From a virus (Duplodnaviria; Caudoviricetes), in the IMG/VR virus record IMGVR_UViG_3300021425_003554: 64,000 nucleotides of DNA. The stretch is one strand, 5' to 3'. The notes below the pieces were generated by a model. The model was not told the origin of the DNA. It saw nothing but the letters and a program-made list of their open reading frames with translations, and did no database searches. Of the stretch, positions 9,443 through 18,725 are shown in pieces. Position numbers and translations under genes: made by a program. Position 1 is the first letter of the stretch. Every line of letters begins with the position of its first letter.

Positions 9443-10494
9443 CAAGACCCCGCTCTCATACAGGTCTGCTCGGCCAACTGCTGGTACCTGTCCGGAGCCA
9501 TCTTCCAAAGATCTGCTATCTTCAATACCATCCTCAAAGATATCTCTCTCAGTCTTGTACGATTATCAAATATGAAATTGACCAATTGATCCTCGACCTC
9601 TTGTGACATCGAGTATTTGGATAATAGACCTTCACGACATATCTGTTTGATACGAAGCATTCTATCTCTCATGGAATCAATTGTGAGATCCAGGTAGTGA
9701 CATCTTGATTGTAATGCCTCTAGATGGTCTCTCAACTTCTTGGATTTGACATTATCAAATTTGACGTTAGTGATGAATATGATACCAGCATTGAAGTCAA
9801 ATGAGTTTGGAACTCCCTCGGCGTGTAGGAATCTCGATTCCGTGCCCCATTGTAGAGTTCTCTTCCTACCTGTGTCCAGTGCGGCCTTCAATAGGTTAAG
9901 TGCTAGGTCATCGTAAAGGATAACGTCACAGTCATCAAAACATACCACATGACCTGGATCCGCGTGTTCGTATAACTTCTTATACAGACCTATGGCACTC
10001 ATGGCACCTTTCACAACTTCAAACTTTCTTCGGTTTCCTGCTATGTCATCAAATGTGGAATACTTCATCAAAGAAGTTTCAACACCGTAAGACTTACCAA
10101 TGCCCGGAGGTCCCGAAACGATCATACCTTTGATCTGTTTCTGTGCTATGGCCTCGGTCATCTCATTCAAGATGGCAAAACGATCTCCAATTCTTTTGAT
10201 CGCTTGTTCATCACTTTCTGATTGAGGCTTTGGATCTGTCTGAGCCGAATCATTCAGTTCTTCTTTGAACTTCACATACTCGCCCTCCGGCACTATCTTG
10301 ATAGATTGGATGTTGGGTACATTTACTCTGACCTTGTCCAGACCTTCGTAGCCGTTCAGTTCCGTTGTGGTCACTGTGACGAAGCCACCCTCTCGGTTGC
10401 TGTGTTTTTGATAGTCCTTGAACAACGGAAACACTCTACCTGATTGGTCTATGTTTCTGTAGGACCCTTCTTCTATTTTAATGTATTTCTTCAA
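9442..10494 (-). CDS. phage AAA+ P-loop ATPase
   Basis: Walker A GPPGIGKS, Walker B VVCFDDCD, IFITN sensor, ALQSR arginine finger. Confidence 0.85.
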   Translation of the reverse strand: MKKYIKIEEGSYRNIDQSGRVFPLFKDYQKHSNREGGFVTVTTTELNGYEGLDKVRVNVPNIQSIKIVPEGEYVKFKEELNDSAQTDPKPQSESDEQAIKRIGDRFAILNEMTEAIAQKQIKGMIVSGPPGIGKSYGVETSLMKYSTFDDIAGNRRKFEVVKGAMSAIGLYKKLYEHADPGHVVCFDDCDVILYDDLALNLLKAALDTGRKRTLQWGTESRFLHAEGVPNSFDFNAGIIFITNVKFDNVKSKKLRDHLEALQSRCHYLDLTIDSMRDRMLRIKQICREGLLSKYSMSQEVEDQLVNFIFDNRTRLREISLRMVLKIADLWKMAPDRYQQLAEQTCMRAGS

Positions 10495-10513
10495 ATTAAC
10501 CTCCCGTTTTGAT

Positions 10514-10669
10514 TTAAAGATATGTTATGTTTTTAATTGATACTCTCATTCCAGGATATCTTGCCTCACACAATGATTGAGCCATGGTCGATGATATGGC
10601 CTCGATCGTGTCAAACAACATACCTTTGGGTGAATTTATTATAAATTCTACTCTAACTTTGTTTTGCAT
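10514..10669 (-). CDS. 51-aa early hypothetical protein
   Basis: GGAGG SD; directly after the promoter at 10705-10732. Confidence 0.55.
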   Translation of the reverse strand: MQNKVRVEFIINSPKGMLFDTIEAISSTMAQSLCEARYPGMRVSIKNITYL

Positions 10670-10704
10670 TTTACCTCCCAATAAAAGTTTTTTTTAACTT
10701 CTTA

Positions 10705-10732
10705 ATTATAACACAGGTCTGTCTAGAGTCAA
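10705..10732 (-). promoter_or_regulatory. phage early promoter TTGACT-16-TATAAT
   Basis: direct match to the repeated family. Confidence 0.8.
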
Positions 10733-10743
10733 CCTGATGGTAA

Positions 10744-11289
10744 TTATTCATTTTCAATAGGTTTCCAATCTTCCACATAAACTTTACCATACTCTTTCTT
10801 ATCAACGATGTCATACCGTACTTCTCCGTCAATGATCAACTGCTCATCCTCTATCTGCCAGGTGTCCTGGTAATCATAGACCCAACCCATGCCCGATCTA
10901 CCTTCATCGTCGTTTGGATCTCCGTTGTACCATTTGTTTGAAAAATCATCCATGTCTTCATCGGTCCAATCACCATCAAAGTCAAAGTCCACGGCACAGA
11001 GATCATCTAGATCTGCTCCATGACCCACAGTTGGATCACAATAGGTCTGACCGTTCTGTGGCAGTATCAAATTGGGCCAATCTAGGTTGTCCCCATCCAT
11101 ATAACCATAACCCCAACGATAGGTTTCTCTCACTTCCACAAATCTATGTCCTGGTTCATTCACTGGTACATTGTAGAGTTGGATCATCTGTGTGATACTT
11201 TTCTTGTTCTTGGGTGTGAGCCTCACAAACACATCTTCCTTGGTGAAACCGTGTTTGAGATAATTAAATGTCTTCTGTTTGTCGTCCAT
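10744..11289 (-). CDS. acidic early hypothetical protein
   Basis: coupled ORF, Asp-rich. Confidence 0.7.
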   Translation of the reverse strand: MDDKQKTFNYLKHGFTKEDVFVRLTPKNKKSITQMIQLYNVPVNEPGHRFVEVRETYRWGYGYMDGDNLDWPNLILPQNGQTYCDPTVGHGADLDDLCAVDFDFDGDWTDEDMDDFSNKWYNGDPNDDEGRSGMGWVYDYQDTWQIEDEQLIIDGEVRYDIVDKKEYGKVYVEDWKPIENE

Positions 11290-11495
11290 TATTTCACACT
11301 TCGTTTTAGGTCATCTCGATTGTTCACAAAAACTCTTACCAACCTAGAAACATCTACTGTTTCTTCTTTGAGTGTTTTTGGATTAGTGAAGATCACTCTG
11401 CTTGAATTTACTTTTAAAATTTTGTCACCTGTGTCGTCTACTACAACGGCATCGTCGGTGTTCTTTCTCCAATCGTGTGATGAATATGCTGTCAT
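11289..11495 (-). CDS. early hypothetical protein
   Basis: coupled ORF. Confidence 0.6.
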   Translation of the reverse strand: MTAYSSHDWRKNTDDAVVVDDTGDKILKVNSSRVIFTNPKTLKEETVDVSRLVRVFVNNRDDLKRSVK

Positions 11496-11872
11496 TTATT
11501 TCCTTTCATGAGTGAGATTTCTGTGGCCGCTTTTCTGCCCGACACATCATCATCGTCGGCAAATACCGGAACCTGGTTGCTCTTGTGCATGGTCGCGATA
11601 CCCACTAATTTTCTTTTACCGGAATAGGTCATGGGTTGTCTTTTACTGCCCACACCCGGAGTCATGACCGGGATCTTGTCACCGCAAGGTACTCCTTGTC
11701 TGTCCTCCAACCTTTCAGGTTCATAGTCGCCCGACGTGTCCTTGGGTTTAAGGTCATGGAGATTGTTCTTCTCTAACCATGCCCTGTGTTTGGCTCTTGC
11801 TTCTCTCAATCTTTTCGTGTTGCTCAATTTGATCCTAATCCTTTTCCGTTGTGGTATCTGAATGAATCCCAT
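11492..11872 (-). CDS. basic phage hypothetical protein (GIATMHKSNxVPVF motif)
   Basis: motif recalled from T4-like phage hypotheticals. Confidence 0.65.
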   Translation of the reverse strand: MGFIQIPQRKRIRIKLSNTKRLREARAKHRAWLEKNNLHDLKPKDTSGDYEPERLEDRQGVPCGDKIPVMTPGVGSKRQPMTYSGKRKLVGIATMHKSNQVPVFADDDDVSGRKAATEISLMKGNK

Positions 11873-11882
11873 GACAAATAGA

Positions 11883-12122
11883 TTATTTCTCCTGTTCCGC
11901 GATTGCTTCTTTTAGTAGGTTGTTCATAAATGTCTTTATATTATATTCTAGATCTATATTTGAGTCAACCATACCCATCAAAGGTCTCATCTCACCTTCC
12001 GTCCATATGACCCTTTTCTGTAGGTCTTTCACGGCCACGGCCAGGTAAATCAACAAACCTAATATGGCGAGATTAATCGCCATATTAACCAATCCAGAAT
12101 TTTCAGATATCTTATTCTTCAT
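11883..12122 (-). CDS. single-TM hypothetical protein
   Basis: hydrophobic N-terminal helix. Confidence 0.6.
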   Translation of the reverse strand: MKNKISENSGLVNMAINLAILGLLIYLAVAVKDLQKRVIWTEGEMRPLMGMVDSNIDLEYNIKTFMNNLLKEAIAEQEK

Positions 12123-12390
12123 TGTTCTTTTTTCCTGTTGTTAGGTTACCAAAAAATTTCTTGATCGTGGCAATATTTTTTGCTGTCTGCTCCTTGCCCG
12201 ATTCCCAACTTGTTTTTTGGTATTCTTTGATGTCTGTCCATTCGTTTTTGATATGTTCAGATATCTTGCCCGGTACAGCCACTACCGTGTCCGCAAATTC
12301 TTTTGTGGTCACTGTCTTGGTCTGTTCTGCCATTGCCTGTCCAGATAATGTAATCATACATATCAAAACAAGTGTCTTTATCTTTGCCAT
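12112..12390 (-). CDS. secreted hypothetical protein
   Basis: signal-peptide-like N-terminus (A-M-A); AGGAGG SD. Confidence 0.65.
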   Translation of the reverse strand: MAKIKTLVLICMITLSGQAMAEQTKTVTTKEFADTVVAVPGKISEHIKNEWTDIKEYQKTSWESGKEQTAKNIATIKKFFGNLTTGKKNNEE

Positions 12391-12391
12391 A

Positions 12392-12589
12392 TTATCCTCC
12401 TATTTGGTTTTTATAAAGTTCAAGTTCATTTGGTCTATACACCAGTTCATCGTCCGGAGACTCATATTCAGAGTACAAGTCTTTGATAACGATCTCATTG
12501 GTGTCATAATGAATTCTCAAGATTTCTCCAATTATATCTTGTTCAATATGTTTGACCATGTCTCCGATTTCAAATTTTCTGTCCGACAT
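12392..12589 (-). CDS. SH3/KOW-like small protein
   Basis: FEIGDMVKH..GEIL pattern. Confidence 0.55.
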   Translation of the reverse strand: MSDRKFEIGDMVKHIEQDIIGEILRIHYDTNEIVIKDLYSEYESPDDELVYRPNELELYKNQIGG

Positions 12590-13017
12590 TAAAATGGTAC
12601 CTCCATGTTATCTTTTTTGTCTTCGGTAGATGCCTTGTTCTCATCGACCTGCCATTCGAACTCACTCTCGGTCCAATTGGGATCATCAAAATAGATGCCG
12701 TCGGAGTCTTCGTATGGAACACACTCTGCGACTTTTTTCACCAATGGACCTCTATACTTTTTATAGTCCTGATCATCCTGATCCGACCAATCCCAATCTG
12801 TGGCATACACTTCCACGGGCTCGTCTTTGTGATAACCGTCTTTCCATTCGATCTTTTCAATACCACCTTGATCAAATACCACATCTTGAGCCTCATCCTT
12901 GTTGTCGGCCACCACATCATATTCCACCCAGACCGAGTAGTGTTTTCTCACTCTGAATTTCTGTTTGCCGATGTCCTTGTGTGGATTATCTTTTGAATAT
13001 ACTTGTCTCTCTGACAT
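12589..13017 (-). CDS. acidic early hypothetical protein
   Basis: TAATG-coupled. Confidence 0.65.
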   Translation of the reverse strand: MSERQVYSKDNPHKDIGKQKFRVRKHYSVWVEYDVVADNKDEAQDVVFDQGGIEKIEWKDGYHKDEPVEVYATDWDWSDQDDQDYKKYRGPLVKKVAECVPYEDSDGIYFDDPNWTESEFEWQVDENKASTEDKKDNMEVPF

Positions 13018-13018
13018 A

Positions 13019-13276
13019 TTATTTTCCTCCCTTTTTCAATTTATTGATAATATCCTTCTGTTCCATATCATAACTCATTGAATACCAGTGCCATAACATA
13101 CCGATTGGAACCAGCAATCCAACGAGTGGTAAGAACAAATCTCTCACATCAAAGTAGATCAAGACCTTGATCAACAGTATCATTGCCAACACCAGTCCTG
13201 CTCCCTTCAATAACCATTTAAAATTTTTCTTACCGTCTTTGTAGATTTCTCGAACTATCCAATTTAATCTATTCAT
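13019..13276 (-). CDS. two-TM membrane protein
   Basis: two hydrophobic segments. Confidence 0.65.
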   Translation of the reverse strand: MNRLNWIVREIYKDGKKNFKWLLKGAGLVLAMILLIKVLIYFDVRDLFLPLVGLLVPIGMLWHWYSMSYDMEQKDIINKLKKGGK

Positions 13277-13277
13277 A

Positions 13278-13640
13278 TTATCTGCCCTCTATCGCATCGT
13301 TTTCCAGGTCCATCAATATTTCTGCTTCTGCCTCTTCCTGTTCTGTCAATTTGATTTCTTCTTCCTCGTCCTGGTCCTCGTCCTCGTGTATGAACACAGG
13401 AGCCTCTCTGTCTGCTGGAACGAAATCAAAACAGAATTCGTCGCCTAGGGCATACATATTCACGCCACCTGCTGGGTTGATATTGTCCTTGTAAAAAGTT
13501 CTGATAACTCTGTGGAAATGATCAAACTTTTCCGGTTGTACCAATGTCACATATAAAGTTCCATGAACCATTTCGTGTCTTTCTGTTAGACCTGTTAATC
13601 TTGTAAAGTCTAAAATTCTTTTTTCTATTGAGTTTAACAT
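13278..13640 (-). CDS. early hypothetical protein with acidic tail
   Basis: AGGAGG SD after the promoter at 13676-13703. Confidence 0.7.
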   Translation of the reverse strand: MLNSIEKRILDFTRLTGLTERHEMVHGTLYVTLVQPEKFDHFHRVIRTFYKDNINPAGGVNMYALGDEFCFDFVPADREAPVFIHEDEDQDEEEEIKLTEQEEAEAEILMDLENDAIEGR

Positions 13641-13675
13641 TTTAACACCTCCTATATTAATTAAATGTATAATTC

Positions 13676-13703
13676 AGTATAGCATGGAACGAATATGCGT
13701 CAA
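13676..13703 (-). promoter_or_regulatory. phage early promoter TTGACG-16-TATACT
   Basis: direct match; TGn extended -10. Confidence 0.8.
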
Positions 13704-13771
13704 CCACCTAAAAGTTTCCATTTTATGCGACTTTTTAGTCAGATCAACTATTTTTTTCACAATATCTTGTG

Positions 13772-13993
13772 TCATTTTCTTTTTTTGGTATATTTTTCAG
13801 GATTGGTGTAGGGTTCTATCATTTTATCAAACTGATCTTTGGTAATCATCTCCAACTCCACTGCGTCGGCTCCATCCTTGTAGAGTTGTTTCACATCATC
13901 CATTACCATCTTATATGGAAAATATCCCCAATGACGGATATCAATTTTCTTGCCTTTGGTTATCTTGACCTTGTAGAAACAATCATCCTTCAT
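13772..13993 (-). CDS. early hypothetical protein
   Basis: ATGA-coupled. Confidence 0.6.
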   Translation of the reverse strand: MKDDCFYKVKITKGKKIDIRHWGYFPYKMVMDDVKQLYKDGADAVELEMITKDQFDKMIEPYTNPEKYTKKRK

Positions 13994-14295
13994 CGGTCTG
14001 TTTTCTTTTCAGAGAAATCATACAACGGAATCCACTTCTTACACACGGTCTCAACCCCGCCATCCAGTAGTCGTTTCAATTTACAGTCATAACCGGTTAT
14101 GGAAGACAGGAACATATCATCTGTGGTTTTTTTATCCTTTGATGCCAAACCTATATCAACGGCACTCTTCACATAGGATACAGATTTATAAGATTCATAC
14201 CCCGCCGTTCCCGAGCCTATGAACCCGCCAATGGATCCACAGGCCGTCATGAAAGATAATGAGATTATTAATGAGATCCTAGTAATATTTCTCAT
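13990..14295 (-). CDS. putative lipoprotein
   Basis: MRNITRISLIISLSFMTAC-G lipobox-like signal. Confidence 0.6.
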   Translation of the reverse strand: MRNITRISLIISLSFMTACGSIGGFIGSGTAGYESYKSVSYVKSAVDIGLASKDKKTTDDMFLSSITGYDCKLKRLLDGGVETVCKKWIPLYDFSEKKTDR

Positions 14296-14497
14296 AATAT
14301 TCTGTATCGATCGCCTCACCGTTCTCGTCATACTCTACATCGTCATCGTCTTGATGCATACCTGTTCTTGGTGCCTTACATCTAGGACACTTGGTCTTCT
14401 CTCCATCGATGTCGTCCATATTACATTCGCCACATATCCAAGGCTTCTCTGCCTCATCACTCTCTGCGTCAAACATAAAATCATATAAGTCGTCCAT
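14279..14497 (-). CDS. acidic zinc-ribbon protein
   Basis: WICGEC..KCPRC; 24 of 72 residues are D/E. Confidence 0.65.
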   Translation of the reverse strand: MDDLYDFMFDAESDEAEKPWICGECNMDDIDGEKTKCPRCKAPRTGMHQDDDDVEYDENGEAIDTEYYEKYY

Positions 14498-14538
14498 ATT
14501 TCTCTCCTTTGTTGATTGTTAGACTTTTATACAAATTC

Positions 14539-14628
14539 TTAACCATACCTCCACCATAACCATATCATAGCGATAACGGCAATGGTCAGATATTGCCATA
14601 AAGTTGGTTCCGTTGATACTTCTATCAT
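14539..14628 (-). CDS. 29-aa membrane peptide
   Basis: AAAGGAG SD; hydrophobic; translated by hand. Confidence 0.5.
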   Translation of the reverse strand: MIEVSTEPTLWQYLTIAVIAMIWLWWRYG

Positions 14629-14655
14629 CTGTTCTCCTTTCAGTCATCTGTCAAT

Positions 14656-14787
14656 TTAAAATAATTTTATCAAGATTATAACCTGTATCACAAGGATGAA
14701 GAATGGTACGATCGTTCTAATCAATTCCATTGTGTGATTGTATTCATCCAACTTCCTCTCAAATTTATTTCTTTTCTTTTTTCTCAT
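14656..14787 (-). CDS. 43-aa basic peptide with C-terminal TM
   Basis: GGAGG SD; MRKKKRNKFERKLDEYNHTMELIRTIVPFFILVIQVIILIKLF. Confidence 0.6.
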   Translation of the reverse strand: MRKKKRNKFERKLDEYNHTMELIRTIVPFFILVIQVIILIKLF

Positions 14788-14794
14788 ATTCCTC

Positions 14795-15382
14795 CTATTC
14801 CGGTTTCATAAATGTGTGATTGCCTATCACTTCTATCAATTCAAATTCTTTGGCCCAATGTGGATACACAAGGTTATGGTTATAATAGTATGTGGCTCCT
14901 TGAGTGTTATCATATAGATGTCCTGATATGGTGTCCAGAGCAATATGCACCGAATCTCTCCATGCTGTCATATTGGCTTCTATGGTCGTGCCATCCATAT
15001 ATTGGATCCAAATAGTGTCCTTCTCTCCATCACACCACCATGAAAATTGGCATCTGTGTTTCCTAGGAATATACACTCTGTCTTCTTTAGACAATGTGGG
15101 ATCCTTCTTTGTCTTCCAACTTTCTCTCACTGGACCTTCCTTGACCACTTCACAATATGTGTTGGGGTGTGCCTCACTCTTAACTCTATTACGGGTCACA
15201 TTGGCCACCGCCTGTTTGCCTGAATGCGATTCTGCTCTGGCTTCGAAATATATGTTCTGCGATAGACACCATAATTCTTTTTGATCAATCTGGATATGGT
15301 TGTCTGCCCCAAACTGGGTCATTAGACTGATCATCAGTGCCATTGCCGCTTCGTTGATTATATTCATTTCATATCCTTCCAA
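14795..15382 (-). CDS. cell wall hydrolase (SleB/Hydrolase_2 family)
   Basis: CLSQNIYFEARAE, AVANVTRNRV, CQFSW, GATYY, IGNHTF. Confidence 0.9.
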   Translation of the reverse strand: MEGYEMNIINEAAMALMISLMTQFGADNHIQIDQKELWCLSQNIYFEARAESHSGKQAVANVTRNRVKSEAHPNTYCEVVKEGPVRESWKTKKDPTLSKEDRVYIPRKHRCQFSWWCDGEKDTIWIQYMDGTTIEANMTAWRDSVHIALDTISGHLYDNTQGATYYYNHNLVYPHWAKEFELIEVIGNHTFMKPE

Positions 15383-15527
15383 TCCATAGTAGGATCTGTG
15401 TCTAATTTTGTAATATCAGTCACAGTATAATCCGGAAATCTAGAAACGATATCCTCGCCTGTGTCTGAATAGACATGAGTTGTAATAGTTCTATCTGTCA
15501 TCTTCAATGTAAAACTCCATGCCTGCA

Positions 15528-15851
15528 TTATTCGTCCTTTGCCAGAGCATCTGCCATATGGTCTGCTCTGCCCTGTTCGTATTCGTCGTTTTCGTCATTG
15601 TTAAAATAGTCTTCCCAAAACTCATCTGTCTCTTTCTCCCTTAACAGGTTTGAGTGTAATTGGCTCTCCTCGTCGATCAAGCCCAGCTCTCTGAAATCAT
15701 GGAGCATATCTTCAAATGGTATTTGGTCATTGCTATTCCATCTGACCACGCCTTCATGATCAATATGGGCACCTGTGTGACCGTTGGTACCAAACCAGTT
15801 GTCTCTGATCTGGTCTTCGTTGTATCTACAATCGTTGATCAATTTAACCAT
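15528..15851 (-). CDS. early hypothetical protein with acidic C-terminus
   Basis: TAATG-coupled start MVKLIN with AGGAGG SD. Confidence 0.65.
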   Translation of the reverse strand: MVKLINDCRYNEDQIRDNWFGTNGHTGAHIDHEGVVRWNSNDQIPFEDMLHDFRELGLIDEESQLHSNLLREKETDEFWEDYFNNDENDEYEQGRADHMADALAKDE

Positions 15852-16231
15852 TAAGCCACCTCCTTTAAAAGTTCTGTAGCCGGTTCCCAATCAATACCGT
15901 TGTCTGAATATTGCCAAGTACCCTTCATGAATAAAAATAAATGACCGATGTGTTTTCTCATTTCTTCCTTGTTCCAAGAAAGATTAGATTCAATAACATC
16001 ACCAAATCCATCCACATACCAATAATCATCTTTTCGGAAAGTTGGCATCAGAGTAGGTGAGTCCACCGCTTTCATGGCATCTTCTTTAGTTGGATATTTG
16101 TTCAAAAGTATTTGAGCCATAGCCGTATAACTTACATTCCAACCTGTTTCGATGGCAACCACATTTGACGAAGCGTCAATGTATCCTACCATGATACCGT
16201 GTTTATTTGTATAATCAATTTTGTTTAACAT
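15851..16231 (-). CDS. early hypothetical protein, distant relative of 17741-18259
   Basis: AGGAGG SD; similar N-terminal pattern. Confidence 0.6.
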   Translation of the reverse strand: MLNKIDYTNKHGIMVGYIDASSNVVAIETGWNVSYTAMAQILLNKYPTKEDAMKAVDSPTLMPTFRKDDYWYVDGFGDVIESNLSWNKEEMRKHIGHLFLFMKGTWQYSDNGIDWEPATELLKEVA

Positions 16232-16262
16232 TTTTTACACCTCCTGTTTAAATGTATAATTC

Positions 16263-16290
16263 AGTATAACACGGAACCAAATACGGTCAA
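16263..16290 (-). promoter_or_regulatory. phage early promoter TTGACC-16-TATACT
   Basis: direct match. Confidence 0.8.
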
Positions 16291-16310
16291 CCTGGTGATC
16301 TTGCTAAAAG

Positions 16311-16358
16311 ATACTATATCTAGTGCCACCCTTCCGAGCTCGATACTACATCTAGTAT
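16311..16358. promoter_or_regulatory. tandem NrdR-box-like pair (ATACTATATCTAGTGC / ATACTACATCTAGTAT, 32-bp start-to-start)
   Basis: fits the acaCwAtATaTwGtgt consensus core and three-turn spacing. Confidence 0.6.
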
Positions 16359-16387
16359 CTTTCTAAAAAACCTATATTTTTTGGAAA

Positions 16388-16618
16388 TTATTTGGTGATT
16401 TTTTTGTAGATCGAATGTAATACATAAAACCAAACACCGTTGATCGCGGGTTCTATCAAGGCCACTGCTCCCGACTGCCATAGACTGGCTCCGGTCATCA
16501 CACTTACCACAATCATGGCGATGCAGATGTGTCCTATGGTGTAAATGATCGCCAACATAAGGCTGGATCCCTGTAGGAGTCGTTTCAGAAAATTAAATGC
16601 GCCTTCGTTTATTTCCAT
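16388..16618 (-). CDS. DUF2061-like small membrane protein
   Basis: IYTIGHICIA..ALIEPAINGVWFYVLH pattern. Confidence 0.7.
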   Translation of the reverse strand: MEINEGAFNFLKRLLQGSSLMLAIIYTIGHICIAMIVVSVMTGASLWQSGAVALIEPAINGVWFYVLHSIYKKITK

Positions 16619-16695
16619 ATCAATCTATAATTAGCAACCAGCAAGGTGAGGTGTAAAGTATGAATCCTTGCTGGTTGTATTCCCTACGGAATTCT

Positions 16696-16842
16696 TTAAT
16701 CCTTTTCCTCCCACCAAAGTTTTTCTGATTTTTTCTCTTCATCATTGAAATATTTTGGTAAAATTTTGAGAGCGAGGTAAAAACCCCCCACGGTCAATAT
16801 CATGCCCAAGGCGAACAATCCAAATCCTGCTTCTACCGTCAT
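16696..16842 (-). CDS. 48-aa membrane peptide
   Basis: overlap-coupled; single TM; translated by hand. Confidence 0.55.
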   Translation of the reverse strand: MTVEAGFGLFALGMILTVGGFYLALKILPKYFNDEEKKSEKLWWEEKD

Positions 16843-17072
16843 TGTTCTAGATACACTCCGTTCTCCTCCAATGCTTTCTCAATGATGCCCCTGTCTTTGT
16901 AGGTCCAAACCTCGAAACCGGCCGAGTTCATCTCGTCACCGTCCACCACACAATCAATACCTTCTCCTGATAGGATTGATTTTATGCTCGGAACAATGCT
17001 CCTGTCCTCATCCAGATCCCAACTTCCTATGTCAGCGACTTGGAAATAATGTTTTTTAGTTTTATCAGTCAT
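16839..17072 (-). CDS. early hypothetical protein (start MTDKTKK)
   Basis: follows the stop of the upstream ORF. Confidence 0.6.
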   Translation of the reverse strand: MTDKTKKHYFQVADIGSWDLDEDRSIVPSIKSILSGEGIDCVVDGDEMNSAGFEVWTYKDRGIIEKALEENGVYLEQ

Positions 17073-17073
17073 T

Positions 17074-17271
17074 TTATTTTCCAACCATCTTTTTGAAATT
17101 TTGATTGATAAGATGATGATCTCTAGCATCGGCCACCGTCTCCGGTTTTGGGGTGTCGTGGTCTATCAATTGGTTGATCATATCGATCGCCAGATCATTG
17201 TTCCCATCCTGGATACTTTCTTTTATGGCAGTCAATACCTGCAACTTATCGGTCATTCCGTTTATGTTCAT
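17074..17271 (-). CDS. early hypothetical protein
   Basis: TAATG-coupled. Confidence 0.6.
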   Translation of the reverse strand: MNINGMTDKLQVLTAIKESIQDGNNDLAIDMINQLIDHDTPKPETVADARDHHLINQNFKKMVGK

Positions 17272-17501
17272 TATGCCTCCTCCTTCACTAAACCTAAGTC
17301 ATAAAGCCTATCGGCTATCCACACTTGGGGATCTCCGTCTCTGGCTTTGGCTGTACCATATGGCATCTCTCCTGATCCCACATAGTAATCATATAAATCA
17401 TCATACAACGGTCCTCCCACATCGGCTAGATCGTCTAGATCTCCGCCCAGAGCATCGTGTTTGATCAATATGTTTTTCACTTCATCGTATTCACTTGTCA
17501 T
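17271..17501 (-). CDS. phage hypothetical protein with MPYGTAKARDGDP motif
   Basis: motif recalled from large-phage proteins. Confidence 0.65.
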   Translation of the reverse strand: MTSEYDEVKNILIKHDALGGDLDDLADVGGPLYDDLYDYYVGSGEMPYGTAKARDGDPQVWIADRLYDLGLVKEEA

Positions 17502-17741
17502 CTATGCTACCTCCCTTTCTAAATGATTTATGGGTCTACCATACTTTGTGAAAAGATAATCATTGGCTTGGCAATGTTCATCAATTTCAATATCAGTCAT
17601 ATCTGAAAAATAACGGAACTCAAATTCTCCTTTGTCATTCTCCACTTCGATGGGTACTTCATCCAACCAAATCCTCACAGAAGCCTTGCCTGCTTCATCC
17701 AAATCATTGTAATCGTATGCCTCAATCTTGATTATTTTCAT
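17502..17741 (-). CDS. early hypothetical protein
   Basis: TAATG-coupled. Confidence 0.6.
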   Translation of the reverse strand: MKIIKIEAYDYNDLDEAGKASVRIWLDEVPIEVENDKGEFEFRYFSDMTDIEIDEHCQANDYLFTKYGRPINHLEREVA

Positions 17742-18259
17742 TATGCCACCTTCCTTTCCTTCTTGTCATTGAGATATCTCTGTAGGCTCTCGATGTGTTC
17801 CTGGATGGCCTTTTCTTCCACAGGATTGAAACCCGCGGCATCTGAATAATGGGCATAGAACCAAGTCATACAAGGTTTGCCCAAGAAATCCTTCTCGCCC
17901 GCATCCTTCATTAGGTAGATGTATTCCTCACCAGAGTTGAATCCATCTTTGAGATACTCTGCTTCATTTTTGAATATCCTAGGGCCTTGATCCCGCTCAC
18001 CTCGGTCTCTCATATAATAACAATTCATATGCTCAAAGTCCGATCCAAACCTTGCCTTGTCGAAGTCGTGCTTCTCACCTATTGTGACGCCCCACTTGGA
18101 TGAATTGCCCAGTTTGATCGCCTTTAATACCTTTTTGGAATCTGTCCAGTTTTCACATAGGTTGTAGCCTAGACCCGAAAGGTATCCATCCCAATGTTGA
18201 TATGCGGAAATGATTGTTCCGTTTTTTTGTTTTATTCCTATTCTTGCTCTTGTTGCCAT
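17741..18259 (-). CDS. conserved phage hypothetical protein (MATRARIG..HWDGY family)
   Basis: recognisable N-terminal motif; EEYIYL. Confidence 0.75.
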   Translation of the reverse strand: MATRARIGIKQKNGTIISAYQHWDGYLSGLGYNLCENWTDSKKVLKAIKLGNSSKWGVTIGEKHDFDKARFGSDFEHMNCYYMRDRGERDQGPRIFKNEAEYLKDGFNSGEEYIYLMKDAGEKDFLGKPCMTWFYAHYSDAAGFNPVEEKAIQEHIESLQRYLNDKKERKVA

Positions 18260-18333
18260 TATGCCACCATCCCTTCTTTTAGTTTGTCGTTGATTTTCAT
18301 ATATGCTCTAACAGTTTCAAATTTTGGTTCTTT

Positions 18334-18672
18334 TTACAATTGATTGATTGCCACCAACTCTGCTTCTGCCTTGTGATATGCTCTTTCATTGTCGATAGTT
18401 TTTTTAATATCGTTTAGGTAATATGATCTATCTGATGAACCAAAACCTTCCTCTTCTGGCCAATCGTTCAAAGACCAAAGACATTCATTGGCAACTCCTA
18501 ACTCGTGTCTAGTTTTAACCCAACCTTCTCTAACGGCACTGATCATCAATGATCGAACTAGATCTGTTTCACCTGTATAATTTTCAATTATTTCATTTTC
18601 TAACTCTGATTGAGTAAGATTTTTGGTATAGTGTTCACATTTTTTATACATTTTCACCTCTCCTTTGTTCAT
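18334..18672 (-). CDS. early hypothetical protein
   Basis: directly after the promoter at 18678-18705. Confidence 0.6.
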   Translation of the reverse strand: MNKGEVKMYKKCEHYTKNLTQSELENEIIENYTGETDLVRSLMISAVREGWVKTRHELGVANECLWSLNDWPEEEGFGSSDRSYYLNDIKKTIDNERAYHKAEAELVAINQL

Positions 18673-18677
18673 AATTC

Positions 18678-18705
18678 AGTATAGCATGGATGGTAATAGC
18701 GTCAA
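18678..18705 (-). promoter_or_regulatory. phage early promoter TTGACG-16-TATACT
   Basis: 40 bp (18671-18710) identical to 21786-21825. Confidence 0.8.
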
Positions 18706-18725
18706 CCTGGTGATCTTGCTAAAAG

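Noticed and set aside
16306-16363. NrdR-like pair read as a rho-independent terminator
   Set aside because: The stem has two internal mismatches, a 20-nt loop and is AT-rich; the apparent inverted repeat follows from two individually palindromic boxes. Not fully excluded.
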